Under the pieces are notes generated by a model. The model was not told the origin of the DNA and made no database searches. It worked only from the letters and a program-made list of their open reading frames with translations. Positions 47,386-57,938 of a stretch of DNA of 64,000 bases are shown in pieces. How positions within the stretch are numbered: the stretch's first letter is position 1; each line of letters begins with the position of its first letter. The translations under genes were made by a program, and so were the position numbers. Source of the stretch: Candidatus Nomurabacteria bacterium (lineage in GTDB: Bacteria > Patescibacteriota > Minisyncoccia > Phycocordibacterales > UBA10002); NCBI GenBank assembly GCA_943354745.1, contig CALRDB010000002.1, positions 3,679-67,678 on the forward strand, written 5' to 3'.

Positions 47386-48380
47386 GCTGTAGTCCAAATA
47401 TAAAAAGCGCCTCGACGAATCGAGACGCTTATTCCTGACCCAACAAAAGAGCACCTCACATTGGATGAGAATACCCGAACTGACAATACCCGACCGAGAA
47501 GGACCAAAATTGAAGCGTTCCCGAAAACGAGAACGCTTCCCCGCACAGGACACTACCTGACTGCACTGAAACCAACCACTCCGAAATTGAAGCGTCCCGA
47601 CGAATCGAGACGCCTCATCCGGACTCGAGCATTCACAAACGAACAGGACGGAACCTGACTGAACGACGCCGCATGCCACCTCAATCGGCATTCCGCTTTA
47701 GAAACGGAATACCCCCGTACCTTACCTTTGAAATGAGAGGCAAAATTCGAGCATCCCGACTAATTCTCGGGATGCTCGCCTGACAAAGGTGTACCATGAT
47801 TGAGCGAGCCGGCGAAAACCGACTCGCTCCCGAACAGAACTCTACGTCACGCCTCCGAAACAAACGACTGCCTACGGGGCGATACAAAACAGGTGCATAC
47901 GAAGACTTGCCGTAATTGCCGAACACCTTCGAAAAGGCGCTCGGCTCCACACCGAACCTGTTCTCGCAGGACACTACAACAGAAATGTTGGCTTGAGCTA
48001 ACTCATGCAAGCCACACGGCACATCTGATGACCTCAACTGAGCGAGCCGGCCGAAACCGACTCACCCCCGAACGTAAACAGACAGCTCTGCACGGGACAA
48101 TAGCGCACCCAACCTAAACCGACACCACCTGACCATAATTACCAAGCTCCTACGAACAAGAGCTTGGTTCCCGAGCGTACCAAGAAGCGCGAAACAGAAC
48201 AGTTGACTGCGAAACATGACTTTAGAGAACCACAATTGTCGAATCCGTGCTCGCACGGATTCGACCCGAGGAATGACTCAAACAAACATACTGGACTGAA
48301 CGGAACTTTACACTTGTGTGCCCCAAAATAGGTGACCGCAATCACTGCGACAACGAATTGTCGAAGTACGAAATACCGAG

Positions 48381-48432
48381 TGCAAAGTAACACAGAAATA
48401 TAAAAACGGCAAGTCTCGTGAAAGACCTGCCG
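48381..48432 (-). promoter_or_regulatory. Terminator (48403-48432) plus conserved motif TGCAAAGTAACACAGAAAT (48381-48399), module copy 3
   Basis: Minus strand: GGCAGGUCUUUCACGAGACUUGCC-GUUUUUAUAUUUCUGUGUUACUUUGCA. Confidence 0.55.
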
Positions 48433-49135
48433 TATGACTACATTACCTGACCTTACCCTACCCAACCGTACCTTGCCTCAAAGAACAAGACCTAACCGTG
48501 CCACATTCTCCCGCCCCTCTTGCGAATGGCGGGACCCGTGCCATAATCGACCTTACTGAACCTTACCTAAGAGGAACCGGCGGAAGAATCCTCTGCCGAA
48601 ACTTGACGAGCACTTTCGGAAAAGTGCTCGTCCCATGCTGCAGTTCAGATTACTACGCGTCACCTGACCGCGCGAGACGCTACGTTACCGCACTGTAGCG
48701 AGCCGATTGTTATCGGCCCGCTCCCGAACAAAACCCGACACCACGTTAGCCCGCAGAACTGAACCAAGCTTGAGCGTATTAGTGGACAGCTCCGCTAGGA
48801 GCTGTCCAACCGATACCTTTTCATAACGCACTGAACAGTGGATTACAAAACGGGACACTGCACCACCGGACCGTAATCAGTATCCCGACTTTCAGCGGGA
48901 TACTCCGGTACCGAACAGGACAGGGCCATACTTAGGAACACTCAAAATGAGCACACCTGACTTGACCGTACCGCAATTGCCAAACTTCTGCGAACAGAGG
49001 TTTGGCTCCACACAGCGCCTGTGTTCACAGGACTACAGGGTACAAAACCTGACGATTGAGTACGACAGGATACGAGACCGAAATGGTCGGCGGAAATGCT
49101 TTTCCGCCGACACCGACAACAGACTGAACTCTGTC

Positions 49136-49167
49136 AAAAAAAAGCGGAGGTACCGAAGCACCTCCAC
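49136..49167 (-). terminator. Strong rho-independent terminator (minus sense) after hypothetical gene
   Basis: Minus strand GCGGAGGUGCUUCGGUACCUCCGC followed by U8. Confidence 0.7.
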
Positions 49168-49188
49168 ATGACTGTCACTTCTTCGTCG

Positions 49189-50010
49189 TTACTCGGTAGC
49201 TACCGGAGCCGGACTGAGTCCCGCCACGCGTTTTTCGAGAACCTTACTCGACATTCGGCCGTTGTCCTCCGTCTTCGGAGCATGCTTCTCAGCCTGGCCG
49301 ACGTACTTGATTTCAATGTCGTCATTGATCGGTTCGATCTTGATTACTTCGAACTTCGAAACACGAAACTGTCCGTAGGAACCGGGCTTGTTTGGGGCCG
49401 AACCGCGCCAGTCGCCGAGACCGGATTTTTCGCCGGCCTTCTGCCAGAGCTGGAGCACGGTGTCGTCAGAGAAGTCAGGGTCCTTGAAGGTGAACTCAAT
49501 CTCGCACGCCCACTTCGGAATTAAAGGGCGGACCGTACGATTGGACCCCTTGGTCTGTTGGTTGACGGTACGACCCGCGTGAACTTCCCACGGAGTGTTC
49601 GCTTTCGCCTCCTCCTCCCCCATCGGCAACGCCTCGGTCGCAACTTCCCCGTTCGCATCGAGCCCCTTGAAGGCATAGAAGCGTTTGGTGAAGGTCACGA
49701 TGCTGGGGATTTCGGTTCCGCCACCTGACTTGGTGATGGCCGACGTGCGCTTCCCTTTCTTGACGGAGATGTGCTTCCCGCCGTTACAGAGGGTGGCCAT
49801 GAGGTTGTCCATTGGCCAGCCCATTTCACCGTTCGGTCCGCGATAGAGCTTGGCCTGAGCAACCACAACATCTTGGATGTCGCCGCGCTTGGGCGTTGCC
49901 GCTTTTTTGCCGCCGATCTCTTCAAGTGTACCGAGAAGCATGGGGTTTTGGATTGCTGCGGTTACTGAATCCAGTAACATCCGCACTGTCTTCTGCTGTC
50001 TTTCTGCCAT
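49189..50010 (-). CDS. Hypothetical protein (273 aa)
   Basis: Long ORF with balanced composition directly downstream of dnaG; no recognised family. Confidence 0.5.
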   Translation of the reverse strand: MAERQQKTVRMLLDSVTAAIQNPMLLGTLEEIGGKKAATPKRGDIQDVVVAQAKLYRGPNGEMGWPMDNLMATLCNGGKHISVKKGKRTSAITKSGGGTEIPSIVTFTKRFYAFKGLDANGEVATEALPMGEEEAKANTPWEVHAGRTVNQQTKGSNRTVRPLIPKWACEIEFTFKDPDFSDDTVLQLWQKAGEKSGLGDWRGSAPNKPGSYGQFRVSKFEVIKIEPINDDIEIKYVGQAEKHAPKTEDNGRMSSKVLEKRVAGLSPAPVATE

Positions 50011-50116
50011 AATTACCCTTACTTAATGCACCGAATCGCCGAAGCGAGCCGGTTTTGTTATGTAGTTGTCGAAGAGCTATAGATTCGGGCCGAAAAGCCT
50101 TGTCTGTAAGCCCTTG

Positions 50117-50137
50117 TTCACAGTGTGTGAACAGTGC
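50117..50137. promoter_or_regulatory. Palindromic candidate operator TGTTCACA-gtg-TGTGAACA upstream of the 273-aa hypothetical gene
   Basis: Perfect 8-bp inverted repeat with 3-nt spacer about 110 nt upstream of start codon. Confidence 0.3.
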
Positions 50138-50227
50138 CAAAAGCACACGCGATTAGCTCGACCAAACTAACAGAGATACGAAATTTTGTCAATAGTACGT
50201 AGTAAAGCAGGGTACCGTGTAAACGAG

Positions 50228-51982
50228 TTAAGAAGTCGTAGTAAACCGGTGGGATTTGAGGGCTCCCAATTTTTGGGTGAGTTCTTTACACTTTGCCAGC
50301 AGGGCTTGCGTCTCTTCTTTATTCCCGTCGTGCTCTGATTTGGCCAGTGTGTCCATTGTCTCAGAAAGAAGCATCGTAATATGCTCTTGTTCCAAATGAC
50401 GAAGAAGCTCCTCTTCCTCACTTACACCGGGCGAGGTATCCCCGTAGAGCGCTTCGGCTTCAAGCAAGAGAACATCAGCAAGTGCTTTATAGTGCTCTAC
50501 TTTTTTATCGAATACCTCCTTTTCAAAGATGCGGAGAAGTGCAGTCTGTAACCGCTCGAACAACAACGTATTCTTCTGCGACTCCGAAAGAAGATAAATA
50601 CTAAACACCCTCCGTTCAAGTGTATTCGAACGAACCGGTGCGGTAGCTTTACGTAATTCAGGTATTTCTTTTTCTCCAGCGACAGCCGGTACTTTTTTAA
50701 ACGCCTCCCAGAGCGCATCTTCCCGAAGACCGCTTTTCTCGGCGATTACTTTTATAAAATGGGATTGCTCAACAGGAGAAGTGAGAAGGCGGAGAAGCGG
50801 AAGTAGCGTCTTCTCAATCGCGAGCGCACGTTCCCTTCCCTCCTTGGAAGCATTGATAAGGTTAAGAAGAAGAAAATCAATAACGTGCTTTGATTCTGTT
50901 ACCGCCCTGTCCCATTCCTTTGGCTCCTTCAAAATAAGTTCAGCGGGATCTTTGCCTCCCCCGATCGCAATAACCTTCACATTCATACCAAGGGCGAGCG
51001 CCAGTTTTATCGCACGCTCGCTTGCTCGCACACCCGCACTATCCGCATCAAACGAAAGCAAGAGATTTTCGGACAGTCTTTTCAGACGCACAAGTTGTTG
51101 TTCGGTGAGTGCTGTCCCCGAAGATGCGACAGCATTCTCATGACCAGCTTGATGCACCATAAGAAGGTCCACTTGTCCTTCAACCAGTATCGCCGCGTCC
51201 TTTTGTCGTATCACGAGTTTCGCGCGGTCAAATCCATACAGGACTTCGGACTTATTGAAGAGCACGGTCTCGGGGCTGTTGATATATTTGCCTGTCTTTC
51301 CATCATCAAGTCTGGGGAGAATACGTCCTGAAAATGCGATAACTCGTCCCGCACTATCCCGAATCGGAAACATAATCCTCCCCCGGAAAGTATCATAGTA
51401 TTTCTTAGGACCTGACCCTGTGTGCCCTACAGAATCGGTTTGGTTGGCAATTTTAATCAAGCCGACCTTTCCCATTTCTTCCGGTGTAAATTTTTCCCGA
51501 GTGAGATAGTCGAATAGTTGCCTCCACTCCGCGGGGGCAAATCCTACTCGCCAGTCTTGTAGCGTTTTTTGGGTGAGACCTCTTCCGTCTATGTACACCT
51601 TCGCTTCAGCTGTAGCCCGCAATGTTTCTTCATAAAATCTCGTCGCTTTTTCGAGACAGAGATACAACCGTGCGTATTCGCTCTGTACCTTTGGATCAAG
51701 CTTAGTCAGGGTGACTCCCGCACGTTGCGCGAGCACCCGTAAAGCACCAATAAAGTCGAGTCCTTCAAACTCCTGCACGAACGTGAAAATATCCCCCTTT
51801 GCCTGACACCCGAAACAGTAATAGGAGTTGCGAGCAGGCGAGACAAAGAACGACGGCGACTTCTCATTGTGGAATGGGCATTTAGCCTTATAGGAAGTTC
51901 CTGCACGCTCAAGCTTTAGGTACGATCCAACCACATCGGCGATACCTAATCTTTCTTTAATTTGTTCAACCGGAGTGGACAT
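50228..51982 (-). CDS. dnaG: DNA primase
   Basis: Zinc-ribbon CPFHNEKSPSF…CFGC; TOPRIM domain; 584 aa. Confidence 0.9.
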   Translation of the reverse strand: MSTPVEQIKERLGIADVVGSYLKLERAGTSYKAKCPFHNEKSPSFFVSPARNSYYCFGCQAKGDIFTFVQEFEGLDFIGALRVLAQRAGVTLTKLDPKVQSEYARLYLCLEKATRFYEETLRATAEAKVYIDGRGLTQKTLQDWRVGFAPAEWRQLFDYLTREKFTPEEMGKVGLIKIANQTDSVGHTGSGPKKYYDTFRGRIMFPIRDSAGRVIAFSGRILPRLDDGKTGKYINSPETVLFNKSEVLYGFDRAKLVIRQKDAAILVEGQVDLLMVHQAGHENAVASSGTALTEQQLVRLKRLSENLLLSFDADSAGVRASERAIKLALALGMNVKVIAIGGGKDPAELILKEPKEWDRAVTESKHVIDFLLLNLINASKEGRERALAIEKTLLPLLRLLTSPVEQSHFIKVIAEKSGLREDALWEAFKKVPAVAGEKEIPELRKATAPVRSNTLERRVFSIYLLSESQKNTLLFERLQTALLRIFEKEVFDKKVEHYKALADVLLLEAEALYGDTSPGVSEEEELLRHLEQEHITMLLSETMDTLAKSEHDGNKEETQALLAKCKELTQKLGALKSHRFTTTS

Positions 51983-52072
51983 ATAGTGAGATTAACGACC
52001 TGTGGATAGCCTTGATTTTTTCTCAATTTTGGGTGTATAATGCACTTGATCGTAAGATCGCAGATTTTAGAG

Positions 52073-52867
52073 CTAAGGGGCCCCAGAAATGGGGTCCTTT
52101 GTGCTTTTTAGGGCCTCTTTTGAGCTTTCTTCGCCGTTCCAGCAGATAAAATCCCGCAGTTCAAAGATGTCGAAAATAAACAGACCTTCCTTCACCAAGG
52201 CGTTCAGCTCGCGGGAAACTCTGCCGGCTGTAGCGAATAATACAACCTTTTTACCGTTTACAAGTAGGCTTTTTATCGGGTCGGCAAAGTCGCTATCCCC
52301 GCTCCACAAAACAAACGTGTCGACATTATCCCGCAGGTCATCTATCCGCATATCCGTGCCTATCTCAACGTCAAAATTGCATTTCCTGTCCTCTATGGAG
52401 TAAATACCTTGTGCATTCATCTCCTTGAACTTATTGTTGAGAAACTCAACTGTTTCGATACTGTACTTCCTGAGCAGAGATTTCCTCATGAATTTCTTCA
52501 ACAAATCCGGCGACTGCAAAGAAATACTTGAGACGTCGATTGGCAACTTCATTATCTTTACCGACTTAGTTCGTATTTCGTATTTGCATCGCTCTAACTT
52601 TTTTATTTCTTCTCGGGAGTGGGGGTCGCCGACTAGCTCTCCTTGATACCATTTTATGGAACCCACACTCTCAAAAGATTTGAGAAACTGCTTCAAACGA
52701 TTTGGACTGACATGCCATTTTAATTTTTCCGACCAAGGACGGACATTGGCAAAATCAATATAGGTGTTCGTTTTGCCAACGAAAAGGCCATCCACCTTCT
52801 GCACCGTAGGCATACGGTCCTCTCTCTTTGCCAGCTCTTCAATTCTTTGGGTCTTGGGCGTGAACAT
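52073..52867 (-). CDS. NYN/LabA-like domain protein (predicted RNase)
   Basis: C-terminal LWSGDSDF signature of NYN domain. Confidence 0.6.
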   Translation of the reverse strand: MFTPKTQRIEELAKREDRMPTVQKVDGLFVGKTNTYIDFANVRPWSEKLKWHVSPNRLKQFLKSFESVGSIKWYQGELVGDPHSREEIKKLERCKYEIRTKSVKIMKLPIDVSSISLQSPDLLKKFMRKSLLRKYSIETVEFLNNKFKEMNAQGIYSIEDRKCNFDVEIGTDMRIDDLRDNVDTFVLWSGDSDFADPIKSLLVNGKKVVLFATAGRVSRELNALVKEGLFIFDIFELRDFICWNGEESSKEALKSTKDPISGAP

Positions 52868-52871
52868 GCTT

Positions 52872-53084
52872 TTAGCTTACTTTTTGGTAGCGGTAGTTAT
52901 ATCGAATAGAGTCATTGAGGAATTGCCCATGCGAGGATGAGCCGAGAAATTGCTGATACAGATGGACAGGAACATCAAAATACTGGTACACATCACCTGA
53001 CGTGAACTCCACCTCTAAAATTGCCGACGATGCGTCGTAGCCGATTGAACTGATATTTGAGGATGATACGGGTGTGCGGTACAT
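52872..53084 (-). CDS. KTSC domain protein
   Basis: ISSIGYDASSAILEVEFTSGDVYQYFDVPVHLYQQFLGSSSHGQFLNDSIRYNYRY matches KTSC pattern; start at MYRTPV. Confidence 0.6.
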   Translation of the reverse strand: MYRTPVSSSNISSIGYDASSAILEVEFTSGDVYQYFDVPVHLYQQFLGSSSHGQFLNDSIRYNYRYQKVS

Positions 53085-53085
53085 A

Positions 53086-53301
53086 TTACTTTTCTGTGAA
53101 GAGAACCATCTCGTTGGTATCAACGAAATGGCTGTGGATAACTTCGCCACTATTCTCACAGGCTGTTTTAGCCTTATTTAAGGCCGTCAAAAAGTTACGA
53201 TAGTCAGTATATTCCAGAACCTTGGCAAGCTCCCGCGATGACCAGTATTCCTTGCCATCGTTATCTACCTTTTTGATTGTCTCAAATATATTTTCTTTCA
53301 T
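53086..53301 (-). pseudogene. Bro-N/DinD-like N-terminal domain only (truncated, 71 aa)
   Basis: GKEYWSSRELAKVLEYTDYRNFLTALNKAKTACENSG resembles N-terminus of DinD/Bro-N antirepressor-like proteins; ends abruptly; overlaps KTSC ORF in another frame. Confidence 0.45.
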
Positions 53302-53315
53302 GCTTTTGTGAATAC

Positions 53316-54122
53316 CTACGATTTCATTGCAACCAATACCTGCACCTGCACCTTTTCACGGAATATACCACTTGGTTCACAGTTCAAGAGCTTCTGCTTC
53401 AGTTCTTCCTCAAACGCTTCTATCCTATCACCAAACATTTCTCGACGCGCGAAAGAGGTAGAATAGAGATACCCGATAGCCTGCTCAAGCGACCACACTA
53501 TCTCATAGTCATGTATCCATTCATCATATCCTCCGAATGGTGACTCTTCGAGGAGTTCCTCCCAATCTTTCCACTTCTCGAGAAAAGAGCCGTTTCTTCG
53601 CTCTTCTCCTAGATACTTTTGAATGACCTCTTTGCGCACTTTCTTCCACTCTTCTTTGTTGTTTGTCCAACCGGAGGTTGGATTCTGAATAAGTGCCACA
53701 CCTCCTTGAGCCTCAGATACCCCATAGATTTCTTTCAGTACCTCTGCCCCATCCCTCCAATGAAGCGACGCTCCCGCTGTCGCCAATCGAAATGTCCCCA
53801 TCTGTTCGCTGATATCCTCTGCCTTTCCCGTAATCCAGCGTACATTTTTTACGTTGCGCTTCTGTGCTTCTTTTTTTGCCTCCATGATCATATCCGGCTC
53901 GATATCGAGACCTACAATTTCCTCAAAATCTTTCGCGAGCGGAAGCAGAATCTGTCCGGTTCCGCAACCAAGGTCAAGAAGTTTCCCTTTTCCATTCAAT
54001 TGGAAATACTTCCGAAGATAGGCGAACATCTCCTCTGGATACCATGGTCGGTACCTGGCGTAATACGAAGATGCTCCATGGAACAGCTTACGTTGGTCAC
54101 CTCCTTTTGGAAAAATACTCAC
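53316..54122 (-). CDS. Class I SAM-dependent methyltransferase
   Basis: LLDLGCGTGQ (motif I), GLDIEPDMI (motif II). Confidence 0.75.
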   Translation of the reverse strand: MSIFPKGGDQRKLFHGASSYYARYRPWYPEEMFAYLRKYFQLNGKGKLLDLGCGTGQILLPLAKDFEEIVGLDIEPDMIMEAKKEAQKRNVKNVRWITGKAEDISEQMGTFRLATAGASLHWRDGAEVLKEIYGVSEAQGGVALIQNPTSGWTNNKEEWKKVRKEVIQKYLGEERRNGSFLEKWKDWEELLEESPFGGYDEWIHDYEIVWSLEQAIGYLYSTSFARREMFGDRIEAFEEELKQKLLNCEPSGIFREKVQVQVLVAMKS

Positions 54123-54214
54123 AACCTATAACATATCACCAAATGACCCATAACAGAATAACCCAAAACCAGTAAGGTTTTGGGTTATTCAGTCATTCGG
54201 TTATAAGTGATGAG

Positions 54215-57200
54215 TTATTCAGTTGATTCTTCGAACGCAGGCTCGGGGTAGAGTTCTTTCTGTAACTTCTCGATCATAGCTGCTTTCGGGCCTCCCTTGA
54301 ATCCGGTTCCTGCAGGGATAAGGCGACCGATAATGACGTTCTCCATAAGACCTCGGAGTGTGTCTTTGCTACCTCGGACCGCCGAGTTGATGAGTACTCG
54401 TGTGGTGTGTTGGAAGGATGCGGCGGAAAGGAAGCTGCGACGAGAAAGAGAGACTTCCGAAATACCCATAACGAGTGAGTCTGCCTTTGCTTCTTCCCCT
54501 CCTTGCTCCTTGGCAAGATCATTTTCACGAGAGAGCGTGAGTGGGTCAACAACATCTCCGACAGAAAGCGTCGTACCTCCTTGATCCTTCACCTTTCGGC
54601 GGAAGAACATCTGACGAACAATAGTTTCAATGTGTTTTCGTGCCACAGTTTCTCCTTGCAAGTCGTAAGGCTTGGTGACTTCAGTGATGATGTATTCCTG
54701 CGCTCGTTCACGTCCGCCGTATTTGAAGAGCTCGTCGATATCAGCCGCACCGTCGGTAAGCAAGTCGCCTTTCTTCACTCGGTCTCCAACCTTTACGAAT
54801 GGGATACGGTTGTAGCTGGTGACATACTCTGATTCGCTCTTCTTCTTGGTGGTCTTAGACTTATCGGCGATGTCAGGAAGTACCGAGATAACTTTTTCTT
54901 TTCCAAGATCTTTGATGTCGATAACCGTACCGTCAACTCGGGCAACTACAGCCGGACTTTTCGGAGCACGCTTCTCAAAGAGTTCCTCAACTCGAGGAAG
55001 ACCCTGTGTGATATCGCCACCGAGAGATGAGACACCTCCCGTATGGAAGGTACGCATTGTAAGCTGAGTTCCTGGTTCACCGATGGCCTGTGCGGCAACC
55101 GTTCCGACAGCCTCACCTAATCCAACCACTTCGTGTTTACCAAGATCAAGTCCGTAGCATTTCTGACAAATACCCGAAATGCTCTTACAGGTAAGCGGTG
55201 ATCGCACCAGTACTTCCTTCACTCCCGACTCCTGTACTTGGAGTCCATCGAGTTTCGAGAGCAGGTCCCCTTTCTTGAAGAGTACCTTGTCGTCATCGAT
55301 AATGTCAGCTGCCATGAATCGTCCACGAATATTCTTACCAAGCTGCGTATCTGCACCAGAACCAGTACTCCGGGCAATCTTGATGCCATCTTTAGTGCCA
55401 CAGTCCTCTTCGGTCACCATCACATCTTGGGCGACAACGAAAAGCTTTCTCGTAAGATACCCTGCTTTCGCGGTGTTAAGCGCGGTGTCAGTAAGACCTT
55501 TGCGCGAACCGTGCGTCGTGATGAAGTACTCAATCGGAGTAAGACCTTCCTTCATACAGGACAAGATTGGAAATTCGATTGTCTCACCAGCGGTATTTTG
55601 GATGAGACCCTTCATACCGGCCATTTGCGTAATTTGAGAGAACGAACCTCGAGCACCGGAATACACCATGTCGTACAGTGAACCATTCTTGTCGAGTGAA
55701 TCGGGAATCAGTTTTTCCACCTCACTTTTAGCGGCATGCCAGATTTCAATATTCTTTCGAAGGCGTTCATCTTCCGAGAGAAGACCATTACGCCATTGTT
55801 CAAATGCCAATTCAGACTTTACCTTGGCTCGATCAATAACTTCTGACTTGCCTGGAGGAACCTTCACATCATCAATACCCCACGTAATACCGGAGTAGGT
55901 AGCATATTTGAACCCGAACGCCTTAATGCGGTCCATAATGGTAGGAATCTCAGCGATACCGTAGCGGTTGATGAGGTCGTCAATCAGAGCCGACATACTT
56001 TTTCGCTCCATTTCTTTGTTGATGTACGCGTAATCGTTTGGAAGTACGCTGTTGAACAAGAGTCGTCCTACCGTTGTCTCAAACACTTTACCGTCAAATG
56101 CTTTATATTTTTCCTGTTCGGTGGCGAGCACTTTGATCTTCGCCCGGAAGTCGACAACATCGAAATCCCACGCCGTAATCGCGTTGTTCGGTCTCGCAAA
56201 CATTTTGCCTTCACCTTTTGCTCCGGGGAATACTTTGGTCATCCACCAGCAACCGAGCACGATATCGAGCATTTTTCCGGACACAATAGGATCACCTGAA
56301 CCTGGCTTCAAAATGTTCTTGTGAGCAGCCATGATTTCACTGGCCTCCATCTGTGCTTCCTCTGAGAGCGGTACGTGTACGGCCATCTGGTCTCCGTCGA
56401 AGTCCGCATTAAAGGCGGTACACACGAGCGGGTGGACGTGGATAGCGTTTCCTTCAATAAGTACGGGCTGGAAGGCCTGAATACCTAGACGGTGAAGGGT
56501 GGGTGCGCGGTTAAGCAGTACATATTTATTTTTGATGACATCTTCAAGAATCGCCCAGACTTCGGGAACTCCTTCTTCGATAAGACGTCCCGCGCCACGA
56601 ATATTAAAGGCGAGCTCTTTCTGAAGAAGTTTACAAATTACGAACGGCCGGAACAATTCAAGCGCCATGTGTTTCGGAAGACCACACTGGTGGAGCTTTA
56701 GTTCAGGACCAACCACAATAACAGAACGACCTGAGTAGTCGACTCGTTTACCGAGAAGGTTTTGGCGGAAGAGTCCTCGCTTGCCCTTCAAGTTGTCAGA
56801 AAGAGATTTAAGCGGACGTCGTTGTGACGCCGTAAGCGCGCCTGCGGCACCGGCACCATGGCGGATAGAATTGTCGATGAGTGAGTCGACAGCCTCTTGA
56901 AGAATACGTTTCTCGTTGCGCAAAATAACATCAGGAGCACTGATCTCCTTCAATTTGCGAAGACGGTTATTCCGATTAATCACGCGTCGATACAGGTCAT
57001 TGACGTCTGAGGTCGCATAGCGCCCACCATCGAGCGGAACCATCGGTCGTAGCGCGGGAGGAATAACGGGGATACTCGTAAGGAACATCCACTCAGGGCG
57101 GATCTTCGCGGAAATCATAGAACGAACAAGAGAAAGTCGTTTGTTCATGCGATCGCGTTCGACAGAACTTACCTTGTCGATTTGTTCCTCAAGTGATTTT

Positions 57201-57901
57201 CGGAGGACATCCAGATCAAGTACAAGGAGGAGGTTATAGATTGCTTCTGCACCAACACCGGCTTCGAAAAGTGTACCGTATTTAAGTGAGAATGAATGAT
57301 ACTGCACTTCATCAAGCACCGCACCTTTAACGATACCCTCGATTTCGCGCTTAGTGGAAAGATACCGCTCCTTGAGAGCTTCACGATCCTTTTCAGTCGA
57401 AAGTGCTTTAACTTTCGAACGGTACTCACCTTCGAGTTCACGGAGCAAGCGGGCACATTCAGTCGGCTCTACCTTCGTGATAAGGTATCCGGCAAAATAA
57501 ATAACCTTTTCAAGTTCTCCACTCGACATACCAAGGAGGAGTCCGAGGCGTGATGGCATACTCCTAAGGAACCAGATATGGGACACGGGCGAAGAGAGGT
57601 CGATATGACCCATGCGCTCACGGCGAACAATGGAGCGAGTGAGTTCTACACCACATTTTTCGCATACAATTCCCTTATAACGAACACCACGATATTTTCC
57701 GCAATAACATTCGTAGTCACGATCGGGACCGAAGATACGTTCATCAAAGAGACCGTTCTTCTCACTTCGCTGTGTACGGTAGTTAATTGTCTCGGACTTC
57801 GTAATTTCGCCGAAAGACCACTCCTTAATATCATTTGGAGACGCGAGCTTAAGGAATACTGAATCGAAGTCGTTTATATTTGAGATGGTTTTTGATTTCA
57901 T
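54215..57901 (-). CDS. rpoC: DNA-directed RNA polymerase subunit beta'
   Basis: Zinc-binding [22 protein letters not shown]; NADFDGD catalytic motif; 1228 aa. Confidence 0.95.
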   Translation of the reverse strand: MKSKTISNINDFDSVFLKLASPNDIKEWSFGEITKSETINYRTQRSEKNGLFDERIFGPDRDYECYCGKYRGVRYKGIVCEKCGVELTRSIVRRERMGHIDLSSPVSHIWFLRSMPSRLGLLLGMSSGELEKVIYFAGYLITKVEPTECARLLRELEGEYRSKVKALSTEKDREALKERYLSTKREIEGIVKGAVLDEVQYHSFSLKYGTLFEAGVGAEAIYNLLLVLDLDVLRKSLEEQIDKVSSVERDRMNKRLSLVRSMISAKIRPEWMFLTSIPVIPPALRPMVPLDGGRYATSDVNDLYRRVINRNNRLRKLKEISAPDVILRNEKRILQEAVDSLIDNSIRHGAGAAGALTASQRRPLKSLSDNLKGKRGLFRQNLLGKRVDYSGRSVIVVGPELKLHQCGLPKHMALELFRPFVICKLLQKELAFNIRGAGRLIEEGVPEVWAILEDVIKNKYVLLNRAPTLHRLGIQAFQPVLIEGNAIHVHPLVCTAFNADFDGDQMAVHVPLSEEAQMEASEIMAAHKNILKPGSGDPIVSGKMLDIVLGCWWMTKVFPGAKGEGKMFARPNNAITAWDFDVVDFRAKIKVLATEQEKYKAFDGKVFETTVGRLLFNSVLPNDYAYINKEMERKSMSALIDDLINRYGIAEIPTIMDRIKAFGFKYATYSGITWGIDDVKVPPGKSEVIDRAKVKSELAFEQWRNGLLSEDERLRKNIEIWHAAKSEVEKLIPDSLDKNGSLYDMVYSGARGSFSQITQMAGMKGLIQNTAGETIEFPILSCMKEGLTPIEYFITTHGSRKGLTDTALNTAKAGYLTRKLFVVAQDVMVTEEDCGTKDGIKIARSTGSGADTQLGKNIRGRFMAADIIDDDKVLFKKGDLLSKLDGLQVQESGVKEVLVRSPLTCKSISGICQKCYGLDLGKHEVVGLGEAVGTVAAQAIGEPGTQLTMRTFHTGGVSSLGGDITQGLPRVEELFEKRAPKSPAVVARVDGTVIDIKDLGKEKVISVLPDIADKSKTTKKKSESEYVTSYNRIPFVKVGDRVKKGDLLTDGAADIDELFKYGGRERAQEYIITEVTKPYDLQGETVARKHIETIVRQMFFRRKVKDQGGTTLSVGDVVDPLTLSRENDLAKEQGGEEAKADSLVMGISEVSLSRRSFLSAASFQHTTRVLINSAVRGSKDTLRGLMENVIIGRLIPAGTGFKGGPKAAMIEKLQKELYPEPAFEESTE

Positions 57902-57938
57902 AGCAATACGAATTACAAATCTTTACGAATATACGAAG

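Larger units (their letters stand above)
47290..49185. other. CA-skewed hairpin-dense noncoding block C
   Basis: 1.9 kb; hairpins gcatcccgactaattctcgggatgc, gaatccgtgctcgcacggattc, gacgagcactttcggaaaagtgctcgtc, ggacagctccgctaggagctgtcc, etc.; minus-strand terminators at 47402-47429, 48403-48432, 49136-49167. Confidence 0.7.

Noticed and set aside
41388-49185. Could the ORF-poor CA-skewed blocks be rRNA genes?
   Set aside because: No universally conserved 16S/23S blocks on either strand (e.g. GTGCCAGCAGCCGCGGTAA, TGTACACACCGCCCGTC, GGTTCGATTCC-type helices), and the composition is unlike rRNA.
41388-49185. CRISPR array or integron cassette array
   Set aside because: The hairpins are all different and there are no regularly spaced identical direct repeats, no cas or intI genes, and no attC core sites (GTTRRRY).
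41388-49185. Protein-coding region in an alternative genetic code
   Set aside because: All neighbouring essential genes translate uninterrupted in the standard code. The blocks yield only short overlapping ORFs on both strands with Cys/Val/Gly/Phe-rich translations typical of GT-rich noncoding sequence.
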